Source of the DNA: Verrucomicrobia bacterium UBA6176
GTDB taxonomy: Bacteria > Verrucomicrobiota > Verrucomicrobiia > Limisphaerales > UBA9464
Length of the DNA: 64,000 nucleotides
Reading direction: 5' to 3'
Assembly (NCBI GenBank): GCA_002422905.1
Contig: DITU01000173.1
Span: 400 to 64,399 of the forward strand
The notes under the pieces were generated by a model, which was given only the letters and a program-made list of their open reading frames with translations, did not search any database and had not been told where the DNA came from. The translations under genes and the position numbers were made by a program. The stretch's first letter is position 1. Each line of letters opens with the position of its first letter. Shown piece after piece: positions 50,441-59,817 of this stretch.

Positions 50441-51202
50441 TCAGGAGCCGGATTCCTGATGTTTGCGGATCTGGTCCCGGACACGGGCGGCGCGCTCGTA
50501 ATCCTCGTGGCGGATGGCGTCAGCGAGATCGCGTTCGAGTTGTTCGACCTCGGAGAGGGGGCGCCGGATGCGGACCTGGCCGAGCCATTCACGCAGGGAG
50601 GACAGTTCGGGGCTGGAATCGAGCATCTCGGGGCGTTCGTTCTCCGTGTAGAAACGTTCGAGTTCAGCGATGCCATCCTCGATGACGGCCACGGCTTCCT
50701 CATGGTCCTTTTCCTTGAGGGCGGCCGTACCGCGGGCGCGGGTGCGGAGAAGGAGGAGTTGGGGAACGAACTGGAGGAGGGACCACGCCATTTCCTCGGT
50801 GGCGGCGTGCTGGGCGACGAACTCGAAGACCTCGAGGTTGCGTTCGCAGTCGCGTTCGACGGCGACAAAGTCTTCGAGTTGGAGGAGGCAGATGTAGCGG
50901 TGGTGATACTGGATGCATTCCATCTGGAGCCGACCACATTCCTCCAGGGTGAGGGAATAACCGGAGTCACCGCCCTTGCGGGTTCGATGCTCCGAGAGCC
51001 GGGTCTGGACGACGTGGAACCAGGATTCGTGGCCCATGGGACGTTTGCCATCGGGCCGACCCTCCGCATTCATCTGGAGCACGCCCAGATCGACGCGAAG
51101 TTGGATCTTTTGATGGCCGTCACGCCCCTTGAACCGACGTGCTGAGACCTGTCCCGGCTGGTAGGGCCAGGACTGGAGCAGCTTGGTCAGATCGTAATTC
51201 AT
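50441..51202 (-). CDS. UvrB/UvrC (UVR) motif-containing protein
   Basis: C-terminal LERDLADAIRHEDYERAARVRDQIRKH is a UVR motif. ATG 51202 (MNYDLTKLL...) avoids overlap with the divergent HTH gene. Confidence 0.55.
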   Translation of the reverse strand: MNYDLTKLLQSWPYQPGQVSARRFKGRDGHQKIQLRVDLGVLQMNAEGRPDGKRPMGHESWFHVVQTRLSEHRTRKGGDSGYSLTLEECGRLQMECIQYHHRYICLLQLEDFVAVERDCERNLEVFEFVAQHAATEEMAWSLLQFVPQLLLLRTRARGTAALKEKDHEEAVAVIEDGIAELERFYTENERPEMLDSSPELSSLREWLGQVRIRRPLSEVEQLERDLADAIRHEDYERAARVRDQIRKHQESGS

Positions 51203-51359
51203 CCAGCGCTGAAACTCGCAACGGGATCCAGCCAAGTCAACGCGCGGGGAATTGAGGGAAATGCGGCGACGGGGTCGGGCAAGGGGCGGACCCTGTGATG
51301 ATGGCCCGGAGGATGGGCAGGGCTTTCCAGCGTCGGGTGCGACTGTTACACCCACGTCC

Positions 51360-51842
51360 ATGCGATCCCATGAAGTGATCCGCGAAGTCCTGAAGTCCAA
51401 TTCGGCGAAGCAGATCTCCTCCGACATGAACCTGTCGTTGTCGTTGGTCTACAAGTGGGCGGAGACGCCGGATCCGCAGGCATTGACCCAGTCCTCCAAT
51501 CCATTGGACCGGGTGGATCAATTTTATCAGAGCAGCCGGGACATCCGGCTCATCCACTGGTTGTGCGAGCGGGCCGGGGGCTTTTTCATCCGGAATCCGA
51601 AGACGGTGCAGAGCCACCCGGACTATCTCATTCCGGCGACCAACCAGATCGTGCAGGAGTTCGCCGACCTGCTGGCGGTGGTGGCGTCATCGGCGGCGGA
51701 CAGCGCGGTCACGCCGGCTGAAGCGAAGAAGATCCGGGCGCGATGGGAACAGTTGAAGTCGGTGACGGAGACGTTTGTGCATTGCTGCGAGGAAGGGAAC
51801 TTCGCCGAGTTGCGCCATCATCCGCCCACCTCCCCGTCGTGA
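51360..51842 (+). CDS. HTH regulator resembling phage CII (CP76-type) regulatory proteins
   Basis: SAKQISSDMNLSLSLVYKWAE (HTH)...SNPLDRV...VTPAEAKKIRARWEQLK. Architecture recalled from the Phage_CP76 family; tentative. Confidence 0.4.
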   Translation: MRSHEVIREVLKSNSAKQISSDMNLSLSLVYKWAETPDPQALTQSSNPLDRVDQFYQSSRDIRLIHWLCERAGGFFIRNPKTVQSHPDYLIPATNQIVQEFADLLAVVASSAADSAVTPAEAKKIRARWEQLKSVTETFVHCCEEGNFAELRHHPPTSPS

Positions 51843-53686
51843 GGTCGCCGGGTCCAACGGATCCCGGGCCGCAGGAACCTGTGGAAGCCGGGCCGGACGA
51901 TGCGGGGAGCGCCCAGGCATTGCGGCGGTCGCTGGTGGGCTTGCTGGTGATTGGTCTGGTGGCGGCGTGGGCGATCGGCTGGTTGTCGCGTCCGGGGGTG
52001 GGAGGGGCAGGTCGTGGGGAGGGAAAGGTGGCATCCGGGCCGAGGCCACCGACGGTGCGGTTCACGGATGTGACGGCGGAGAGCGGGGTTGATTTCAGGC
52101 ACTTCAACGGAGCGCAGGGTGCCAAGCTGCTTCCGGAGACCATGGGGGGCGGGGTTGGGCTGTTTGATTTCGATGGAGACGGTGATGCGGACCTGTTGTT
52201 GATGAATGGCCGGTCGTGGGATGGATCGGGTCCGGCGACGACGGCGGGGTTATACAGGAACGACACGGTGCCGGGTGGACCGATCCGTTTTGTGGATGTG
52301 ACGGCGGGATCGGGTCTGGATGTGGTGATGCATGGGATGGGGATGGCATTTGGGGATTACGACGGGGACGGCCGGGTGGATGTGTACGTGACGGCGGTGG
52401 GGGTGAACCGGTTGTTCCGGAATCTGGGTGGGGGAAAGTTCGGGGATGTGACGGAGGCGTTGGGCGTGGGAGGGGAGGAAGGGGAATGGAGCACGGCGGC
52501 GGCGTGGTTCGACATGGATCGGGACGGGGATCTGGACCTTTTTGTGGGGAACTATGTGAAGTGGTCGGAGGCGTTGGATCGGCAGGTGAATCCGGCGCGG
52601 GCGGACGGCGAGCGGGTGCAGGGCCAGCCGTGGAACTTCCAGGGCAGTTTCCCCCGGTTGTACCGCAACGACAGCGATGCTTCGGGAGTCCGGTTTGTGG
52701 AAGTCGGGGAGGGCTCGGGATTGCGGGTGAGGAATCCGGCGACGGGGCTTCCGTTGGCCAAGACCCTGGCGGTGGCACCGATCGACCTGAATGATGACGG
52801 GTGGATGGACCTGGTGGTGGCGAATGACACGGTGCAGAACCAGGTCTTCACCAACCGGCATGACGGGACCTTCGCCGAGGTCGGGGTGGCGTCGGGAGTT
52901 GCCTTTGATGCCTACGGACAGCCGCGTGGAGCCATGGGAATGGATGCGGCGCGGTTTCGGGACGATGACGCGTTGGGGATTGCGATCGGGAACTTCGCGA
53001 ATGAGATGAACGCGTTGTATGTGACCCAACCGATGCGGGACACGCTGATGTTCGCGGATGAAGCCATTCCATCGGGCATGGGACCGGCGAGTCGACCGTT
53101 GCTCAAGTTTGGGTTGTTCTTCTTCGACTACGACCTGGACGGGCGATTGGATGTATTGACGGCGAACGGGCACATCGAGGAGGACATTGGACGGTACCAG
53201 CCGCATCTGAGCTACCGGCAACCGGCCCAGCTTTTCTGGAATGCCGGGTCGGGTCCCTCGTTTGTGGCGATTGATGAAGGGTTGGCGGGACCGGATCTAT
53301 TCCAGCCGCTGGCGGGTCGTGGGAGTGCGCATGCGGATCTGGACGGGGACGGTGATCTGGACGTGGTGATCGCGCAGGTGAACGGGCCGCCGGTGATCCT
53401 GCGGAACGACCAGGGGTTGGGGCATCACTGGCTCCGGTTGCGGTTGGTGGGCCGGGGAAGGAACACGGGGGCAATTGGGGCGTGGGTCCGGGCGCGGGTG
53501 GGTGGGCGGTTGATATCTCGGCAGGTGATGCCCACGCGGAGTTATCTTTCGCAGAGTGAACTGACGGTGACGTTGGGGTTGGGGACGGCGTCCCGGTTGG
53601 ATGGATTGCAGATCCGGTGGCCGGATGGACGTGACCAGGTACTGGCGGTGCCGGCGGTGGATCGGGAGATCGAGATCCGGGAATGA
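51839..53686 (+). CDS. CRTAC1-family protein (FG-GAP/VCBS repeats + ASPIC/UnbV domain), membrane-anchored
   Basis: Repeated FDFDGDGDADL / GDYDGDGRVDVY / DMDRDGDLDLF / DLDGDGDLDVV motifs. C-terminal RSYLSQSELTVTLGLG. GTG 51839 overlaps the HTH stop (GTGA). Confidence 0.8.
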   Translation: MRSPGPTDPGPQEPVEAGPDDAGSAQALRRSLVGLLVIGLVAAWAIGWLSRPGVGGAGRGEGKVASGPRPPTVRFTDVTAESGVDFRHFNGAQGAKLLPETMGGGVGLFDFDGDGDADLLLMNGRSWDGSGPATTAGLYRNDTVPGGPIRFVDVTAGSGLDVVMHGMGMAFGDYDGDGRVDVYVTAVGVNRLFRNLGGGKFGDVTEALGVGGEEGEWSTAAAWFDMDRDGDLDLFVGNYVKWSEALDRQVNPARADGERVQGQPWNFQGSFPRLYRNDSDASGVRFVEVGEGSGLRVRNPATGLPLAKTLAVAPIDLNDDGWMDLVVANDTVQNQVFTNRHDGTFAEVGVASGVAFDAYGQPRGAMGMDAARFRDDDALGIAIGNFANEMNALYVTQPMRDTLMFADEAIPSGMGPASRPLLKFGLFFFDYDLDGRLDVLTANGHIEEDIGRYQPHLSYRQPAQLFWNAGSGPSFVAIDEGLAGPDLFQPLAGRGSAHADLDGDGDLDVVIAQVNGPPVILRNDQGLGHHWLRLRLVGRGRNTGAIGAWVRARVGGRLISRQVMPTRSYLSQSELTVTLGLGTASRLDGLQIRWPDGRDQVLAVPAVDREIEIRE

Positions 53687-53723
53687 CGGGTGGGCGACGA
53701 CCGGGAGGTGGTCGTGGGGGCGG

Positions 53724-55085
53724 TCACTCGTACCGCAGGGCCTGGATCGGGCTGAGGCTGGCGGCTTTGAAGGCAGGGAAGAGACCGGCGATGATTCCGA
53801 CTCCCGCGGAGAAGGCCACGGCGATGACTTCCGCCTGCCAGGTGACGACGGGTGAATTGGACATGGGCGACAGGATGGCCAGCATTTTGACGAGGGCGCC
53901 CGAGGCGAGCAATCCGAGGAGGGCACCGACGATGGAGAGCGCGACGCTTTCCACGATGATCTGGATGAAGATTTCCAGGCCGGTGGCGCCGATGGCCTTG
54001 CAGGTGCCGATCTCGCGGATGCGTTCATTGATGGAGGCGAGCATGATGTTCATGATGCCGATGCCACCCACGAGCAGGCTGATGCCCGCGATGATCCCCC
54101 CGCTGAGCCGGGCGTTCCTGATCTGTTTGTTGATGCTTTCGATCTGGTTTTCCTGGGTTTCGAACGTGAAGTCCTCGATGCCGTTGTGGGTGACCAGCAG
54201 GACGTTTCGGGCCTGTTGCAGGGCCGTTTCCATTTTTTCGAGGTCGTGGACCTTGAGGTCGATATCGGACAGGCGTGGATCCGGGATTCCGTCCTTGTCG
54301 CCTGCGGCGCGGAAGCGGACCCAGGCGGTATTGAGCGGGATGTAGACGGTGAGATTCTTCCGGGTGAAGGCCCATCCGCCGCGACCGCCCCAGCCCTTCT
54401 GGCGTTTCGGACCGGAGTCCTCGCTGCCGGAGGTCTTGGGAGTGGTGCGGGCAATTTCCCGTTCCTTGGCTTCCTGTTCGCTCATGTATTGGGTGAACAT
54501 CCCGACGATGGTGAACGGTTGGTCGTTGATCTGGATGATCTCCCCGATGGGAATGACTTCGTAGCCGAGTTCTTCCGGGCGGCCAAAGAGAGCGTCCCGG
54601 ACGGCGGTGCCGATGACGCACACCGGGTTGGCCCGTTCCTCATCGATCTGGGTGAAGAACCGGCCGTGAGCAATGGTGTGGAGGTCGATGTCGAGGGATT
54701 CGGCCCAGACACCGACGCATTCGGAGGGGTCGCAGCGTTTTTCCCCGCGGGTCAGGAGGGCGTCGATGGACATCTGGGGGGCGACAGTTCGCAACAAGGG
54801 TGCGCCTTTCCTGAGGGCGTGGACGTCGCGAATGGTCCTTCCGGGAGCCTGATCGGCGAGATGATCCTGGTAGGCGGGTACGGGCTGCGTTTCGAGTCGG
54901 ACCTTATCGGCGCCGCCCATGGCGACCATGGATTCCCGCATGCCGTTTTCCATGCCCTTTATGAGGGCGGACATGCCGACGAGTGAGGCCACGCCGAGGA
55001 CGATGCCGAACATGGTGAGCAGGGAGCGGAACTTGTGCGCCCAGATCTCCTTGAGCCCGATGAAGATGGTATTGAAGAGGTTCAT
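53724..55085 (-). CDS. MacB/FtsX-type ABC transporter permease (paralog 2)
   Basis: MacB_PCD-like periplasmic domain between TM1 and TM2, with a C-terminal FtsX domain. Confidence 0.8.
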   Translation of the reverse strand: MNLFNTIFIGLKEIWAHKFRSLLTMFGIVLGVASLVGMSALIKGMENGMRESMVAMGGADKVRLETQPVPAYQDHLADQAPGRTIRDVHALRKGAPLLRTVAPQMSIDALLTRGEKRCDPSECVGVWAESLDIDLHTIAHGRFFTQIDEERANPVCVIGTAVRDALFGRPEELGYEVIPIGEIIQINDQPFTIVGMFTQYMSEQEAKEREIARTTPKTSGSEDSGPKRQKGWGGRGGWAFTRKNLTVYIPLNTAWVRFRAAGDKDGIPDPRLSDIDLKVHDLEKMETALQQARNVLLVTHNGIEDFTFETQENQIESINKQIRNARLSGGIIAGISLLVGGIGIMNIMLASINERIREIGTCKAIGATGLEIFIQIIVESVALSIVGALLGLLASGALVKMLAILSPMSNSPVVTWQAEVIAVAFSAGVGIIAGLFPAFKAASLSPIQALRYE

Positions 55086-55094
55086 GGGCCGGGA

Positions 55095-56465
55095 TCAGTC
55101 GTATCGGAGGGCCTGGATGACGCTGAGTCGGGCTGCCTTGATGGCGGGGAAGAGGCCGGCAAACACACCGACGATTCCGCTGAAGGCGAAGGCGAAGGCC
55201 ATGGCGCCCCAGGTGATGATGGGTTCGTTGTCGGTCGGGGTGACGCTGCTGATCAACCAGACCACCCCGCGGGAACAGACGAGGCCGAGCAATCCACCGA
55301 GGACAGCGAGGGTGACGGATTCCACGACGATCTGGGTGAAGATGTCGATCCCGGCGGCGCCGACGGCCTTGCGGATGCCGATCTCGCGGATGCGTTCGCT
55401 GATGGAGGCGAGCATGATGTTCATGATCCCGATGCCGCCCACGAACAGGGAGATGCCGGCGATCAAACCGCCGCTCAGGCGGGCGGCGCGGACCGAGATC
55501 TGGATCTGGTCCGCCCAGTCTTCCTGGGTCCGGAAGCTGAAATCCTCGATGCCCCGATGGTTCACCATGAGGACATTGCGGACCTGGGTGAGGGCGCGGT
55601 CCATGGTTTCCACATCGCGGATCCGGACTTCGAGATTGGAGAGCCTGGGTTCGGGAGGGGTGTTGGTCTGGCCGGCCTTCAGCTTCATCCACATGGTGTT
55701 GAGCGGCATGTAGACGGTGTTGTTCTTGATCCAGAAGGCGAAATTGCCCCTGCGTCCGCGACCGCGGTCACGCTGCGCGGGTTTCTGGATGCCGGCAGCC
55801 CGGTCTGCGGCATCCTTGGCTTCCTGCAACAACCGGGTCCGGCGTTCCTGGTCGCTCTCGTAGTGCTCGAACATCCCGATGATCGTCATGGGCACGCCGT
55901 TGACGGTCAGGGTCTGGCCGATCGGAATCACTTCGGTCCCGGTCTGGTCGGGGCGCCCGAACAGTTCGTCGCGGATCCCGGTGCCGATCACGCAGACGCT
56001 GCGGGCGTCCTGTTCGTCATCCGCATTGAACATCCGGCCGTGGGCGAGTTGGTGTTCCATCATCTCCAGTTGCACGGGCCAGACTCCGGCGGTCATGAAG
56101 GTCCGATGCCTCCGGCCGTTGGCTGCCAGGGTGGGTGGGGAATCCATCCGCATCTCGGGGGAGACGATGTCGATTTCCGGGACCGACGCCTGCAGGGCGT
56201 AGACATCGCGCAAGGTGACGCCGGTGGCGAAGTCGCGGAGATGACGTTGTTCGACGGGGACGTTCCTGGCTTCGACGCGGATCTTCTGGAGTCCCCCGAT
56301 GGCGACGAGGGCTTCCTTCAAGCCGTTTTCCAGGCCCTGGGTCATGGCGAACATGGCGACCAGCGAAGACACGCCGAGGATGATTCCGAGCATGGTGAGG
56401 AAGCTGCGGAATTTGTTGGCCCAGATTTCCTTGAGGCCAACGACGATGGCATTGAGGAAGTTCAC
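55095..56465 (-). CDS. MacB/FtsX-type ABC transporter permease (paralog 1)
   Basis: Colinear with the neighbouring permease over its full length (MNxxNxIxxGLKEIWAxKFRSxLTMxGIxLGV...). Confidence 0.8.
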   Translation of the reverse strand: MNFLNAIVVGLKEIWANKFRSFLTMLGIILGVSSLVAMFAMTQGLENGLKEALVAIGGLQKIRVEARNVPVEQRHLRDFATGVTLRDVYALQASVPEIDIVSPEMRMDSPPTLAANGRRHRTFMTAGVWPVQLEMMEHQLAHGRMFNADDEQDARSVCVIGTGIRDELFGRPDQTGTEVIPIGQTLTVNGVPMTIIGMFEHYESDQERRTRLLQEAKDAADRAAGIQKPAQRDRGRGRRGNFAFWIKNNTVYMPLNTMWMKLKAGQTNTPPEPRLSNLEVRIRDVETMDRALTQVRNVLMVNHRGIEDFSFRTQEDWADQIQISVRAARLSGGLIAGISLFVGGIGIMNIMLASISERIREIGIRKAVGAAGIDIFTQIVVESVTLAVLGGLLGLVCSRGVVWLISSVTPTDNEPIITWGAMAFAFAFSGIVGVFAGLFPAIKAARLSVIQALRYD

Positions 56466-57172
56466 GGGGTTGACGGGGTGAACCCGGCCAACCGGGGATC
56501 CACCTTCTCGGCGACCTTGCCGTTGCGGATCTCGATCCTGCGGGGGGTGACCGCGGCGATTTCGGGGTTGTGGGTGACGAGGATGACGGTGCGGCCCTGG
56601 GTGGAGAGTTCGCGGAAGAGATTGAGGATCACTTCGCCGGTGTGGGTGTCGAGATTGCCGGTGGGTTCATCGGCCAGGATGATCTTGGGATCGTTCACCA
56701 GGGCCCGGGCGATGGCCACGCGTTGCTGTTGTCCGCCGGAGAGTTGGTTGGGCCGGTTCTTCAGCCGGTGCCCCAGTTCAACCATTTCCAGGGCCTTGAC
56801 CGCCCGCTCGTGCCGGGCCTTCCCCCCGAGGCCGGCGTAGACCATGGGGAGTTCGACGTTCTGGAGGACGTTGAGTTTGGGCAGGAGGTTGAAGGACTGG
56901 AACACGAACCCAATGGTCCGATTGCGGATCCGGGCCAGTTGGCTGGTGGTTGCCTTGGAGATGTCCACCCCGTCCAGGACCACCTCGCCGCGGGTCGGCG
57001 AATCCAGGCACCCCAACACGTGCATCAGGGTCGACTTGCCGCTGCCGGAAGGACCGATGATCGAGATGAAGTCGCCTTGGTGGAGGTCGAGGGTGACATC
57101 GTCCAGGGCGCGGATCTCTTCACCGCCGGTGTGGTAGATCTTGCTGACGTTGCGGAGTTCGAGAAGGGCCAC
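56462..57172 (-). CDS. ABC transporter ATP-binding protein (MacB/LolD-like)
   Basis: GPSGSGKST, LSGGQQQRVAIARAL, ILADEPTGNLD. Confidence 0.88.
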   Translation of the reverse strand: MALLELRNVSKIYHTGGEEIRALDDVTLDLHQGDFISIIGPSGSGKSTLMHVLGCLDSPTRGEVVLDGVDISKATTSQLARIRNRTIGFVFQSFNLLPKLNVLQNVELPMVYAGLGGKARHERAVKALEMVELGHRLKNRPNQLSGGQQQRVAIARALVNDPKIILADEPTGNLDTHTGEVILNLFRELSTQGRTVILVTHNPEIAAVTPRRIEIRNGKVAEKVDPRLAGFTPSTP

Positions 57173-57217
57173 GAGGGGGAGGGGTGACGGTGGAGCGGGT
57201 GAATCCTGGGCAGGGGA

Positions 57218-58459
57218 TCAGCGGGTGCTGGTGGCGGCGGGGCGCGGGGTGGAACTGCCTGCGGCGGCAGCAGGGGTCGGGCGTGATGCCGGAGTGGTGC
57301 CTCCGGTGCTTCCCGCAGTGCGTCCGACGCTCGTCTGACCACCCGGCACCTTGGTGCCGTCCTTGCCGTCCGCCTTGCTCTTGTCTTCGAGGGAAACCTC
57401 CTCGCCTTCCGCGAGGCCCTTGGTGACTTCGGCGAAGAAATAGTCGCTGACGCCGATCTCGATTGGGCGGCGTTCCCAAGCGGCGCCTTTCTTCACGTAG
57501 ACATAACGCTGGATGACCCGGGAATCCGGATTGGTTTCCGTGAAGACGGCCGCCAGGGGTGCAGCCACGACGTTCTCGGCACTGGCCACGGGGATGTTGA
57601 TGTTGGCGGTCATGCCGGGGCGGACGGTGCTGTCCACGTCCTTCAACAGGATGCGGGCGGCGAAACCGCGGATGTTGTTCTTGAGGGTGGACTGGGGGGC
57701 GAGCCGTTCGACCTTGCCCTTGAGTCGGAGGCCGGGGATGGCCTCGACGGTGACGTCGACCTCCTGGTTGACGGAGAGGCGGGTGACGTCGGCCTGGTTG
57801 ATGTGGGCGTTGATGACGAGGTCGGTGAGGTTGGCGATGGTCAGGACTTCGGTGCCGGCATTGAAACCACCGGAGCCGCTCACGGCCTGTCCGACCGAGA
57901 CGGGGCGGGTGAGGACGGTGCAATCGAAGGGAGCGGTGACCTGGGTACGGCGGAGCCGGTCAAGGACCAGGTCCATGGCGTTCTGGGCGCGGTCCAGGGA
58001 GTTCTTGGCGAGGTCGAAGCGGGTGCGGGCGTCTTCGAAGAGTTCCTGGGAGATGAGTTTGTTTTCGAAGAGGTCGGAGGACCGTTTGAATTCCCGTTCA
58101 ACCTGTTCGAGTTCGAGTTGGGTGCGTTGGACGGCCTTTTCCTGGGATTCCTTTTCGATCTGGAGATCACGGTCATCGAGCTTGAAGAGCAGGGCATCCT
58201 TTTTGACCAGATCGCCGACATCGACCGGCATCTGATCGATTTTTCCATTGACCTCTGGGCGGACGGAGACCTGTTCGGCGGGGCCGATGTCGCCTGCGGC
58301 GGACACGGCGAAGCGGATGGAGCGGGTTTCGATGAGGGCGCTGACGGGTCTGCCGGCTGCGACAGTGGTCTCGGCAGAGCCGGGACCCATTTTTTTCCAG
58401 TAAAACCAACCGCCGACACCGAGGGCGGCGACGAGGACAAGGGCGAAAAGGGTCTTCAT
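57218..58459 (-). CDS. HlyD/MacA-type periplasmic adaptor subunit
   Basis: N-terminal TM, lipoyl, coiled-coil and beta-barrel pattern. Low-complexity Pro/Thr/Ala tail. Confidence 0.8.
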   Translation of the reverse strand: MKTLFALVLVAALGVGGWFYWKKMGPGSAETTVAAGRPVSALIETRSIRFAVSAAGDIGPAEQVSVRPEVNGKIDQMPVDVGDLVKKDALLFKLDDRDLQIEKESQEKAVQRTQLELEQVEREFKRSSDLFENKLISQELFEDARTRFDLAKNSLDRAQNAMDLVLDRLRRTQVTAPFDCTVLTRPVSVGQAVSGSGGFNAGTEVLTIANLTDLVINAHINQADVTRLSVNQEVDVTVEAIPGLRLKGKVERLAPQSTLKNNIRGFAARILLKDVDSTVRPGMTANINIPVASAENVVAAPLAAVFTETNPDSRVIQRYVYVKKGAAWERRPIEIGVSDYFFAEVTKGLAEGEEVSLEDKSKADGKDGTKVPGGQTSVGRTAGSTGGTTPASRPTPAAAAGSSTPRPAATSTR

Positions 58460-58566
58460 TCCGAGTAAGCCGAAAAATTAGGCATTAGTACGCATACGTG
58501 CAATTGACGATTTCGCATCCCTGAATTGTGGATCCTGCGCCGTCAACGTAGCGTCGCGCGACGCAG

Positions 58567-59817
58567 ATGATCCCCGCTTCATTCACTCCGATCCTGGCCA
58601 CGGCACTGGTGGTCGCACAATGGGTTGGATCGATGGGTCTTGAACGTCTCAACCGTTCCCATACGGAAGCGACGCGTGGGAAGGTTCCCGAGGCGTTCCA
58701 GGAGACGGTGTCGGAGGCAACCCATGCCAAATCGATTGATTACACCCTGGCGAAGTCCCGTTTCGCCGATCTGTCGGGAGCGGTGGAGGCGGCGGTGCTG
58801 TTGATGGCGTTGTGGTCCGGGGTATTTCCGATGTTGCGGGAGGCGTGGGTCGGATCGGGAGTGGGGGGAGTCTGGCGGGATGCGCTCTGGCTGTTCGGGG
58901 TGGGGATGTTGCTGTCGGTGCCTTCGATTCCGCTGGAGTGGTGGGCGCAGTTCCGGTTGGAGGCGCGATTCGGGTTCAACACGACGACGGTGGGCACGTG
59001 GATCCTGGACCGGGTAAAAGGGATGATCCTGGCGGCGGTGTTGGGATTGCCGCTGTTGGCCTTGATCCTGAAGTTGGTGGACTGGATGGGGGGTGCGTGG
59101 TGGATCTGGGCGTGGGCGACGTTGTTGGGGTTCCAGATCCTGATCCTGTTCCTGGCGCCGGTCTGGATCATGCCGTTGTTCAACAAGTTCACCCCGTTGC
59201 CGGAGGGTTCATTGCGGGACCGGTTGCTGCGCCTGGGTGAGAAGACGGGGTTCAATGCCCGGACGATCCAGGTGATGGATGGGTCGAAGAGGTCGCGGCA
59301 CGCGAATGCCTTCTTCACCGGTTTTGGCCGATTCCGGAAGATCGTGTTGTACGACACCCTGATTTCCCAGTTGAGCGAGGAGGAGTTGGAGGCGGTGTTG
59401 GCGCATGAGATCGGGCATCACCGGAGGCGGCACATCCCGCAACGCCTGGCGTGGAGCAGTGTCACGTCATTGGCGGGCTTCTGGGTGGTGGGTTGGCTCG
59501 CTGCGCGACCCGGTTTTGCGGGGGCCTTCGGGTTTGGGGCGGAAGCTGGGGTGGCCCCGGCGCTGCTGCTGTTCGGACTGCTGAGTTCGCCGGTGCTGTT
59601 CTGGTTCAGCCCGCTGGGCAATCTCTGGTCGCGCCGACACGAGTATGAGGCGGACGCCTATGCGAAAGCGGCGGTGGGGAGTGCGATTCCATTGATGGGC
59701 GCCCTGCGGAAGCTCTCGGAGAAGAATCTGGCGAACCTCACTCCGCATCCCTGGTACAGCACGTTCCACTACTCCCATCCGACCCTGGTTGAGCGGGAAG
59801 CTGCGCTCAGGTCGTGA
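58567..59817 (+). CDS. M48 family metallopeptidase (Ste24/CAAX protease-like)
   Basis: Peptidase_M48_N-like TM region and HEIGHHRRRH zinc motif. Confidence 0.8.
   Translation: MIPASFTPILATALVVAQWVGSMGLERLNRSHTEATRGKVPEAFQETVSEATHAKSIDYTLAKSRFADLSGAVEAAVLLMALWSGVFPMLREAWVGSGVGGVWRDALWLFGVGMLLSVPSIPLEWWAQFRLEARFGFNTTTVGTWILDRVKGMILAAVLGLPLLALILKLVDWMGGAWWIWAWATLLGFQILILFLAPVWIMPLFNKFTPLPEGSLRDRLLRLGEKTGFNARTIQVMDGSKRSRHANAFFTGFGRFRKIVLYDTLISQLSEEELEAVLAHEIGHHRRRHIPQRLAWSSVTSLAGFWVVGWLAARPGFAGAFGFGAEAGVAPALLLFGLLSSPVLFWFSPLGNLWSRRHEYEADAYAKAAVGSAIPLMGALRKLSEKNLANLTPHPWYSTFHYSHPTLVEREAALRS

Noticed and set aside
51203-51427. Upstream extension of the UVR-motif ORF
   Set aside because: It would overlap the divergent CII-like HTH gene. 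The coding-like sequence begins at MNYDLTKLL (51202).
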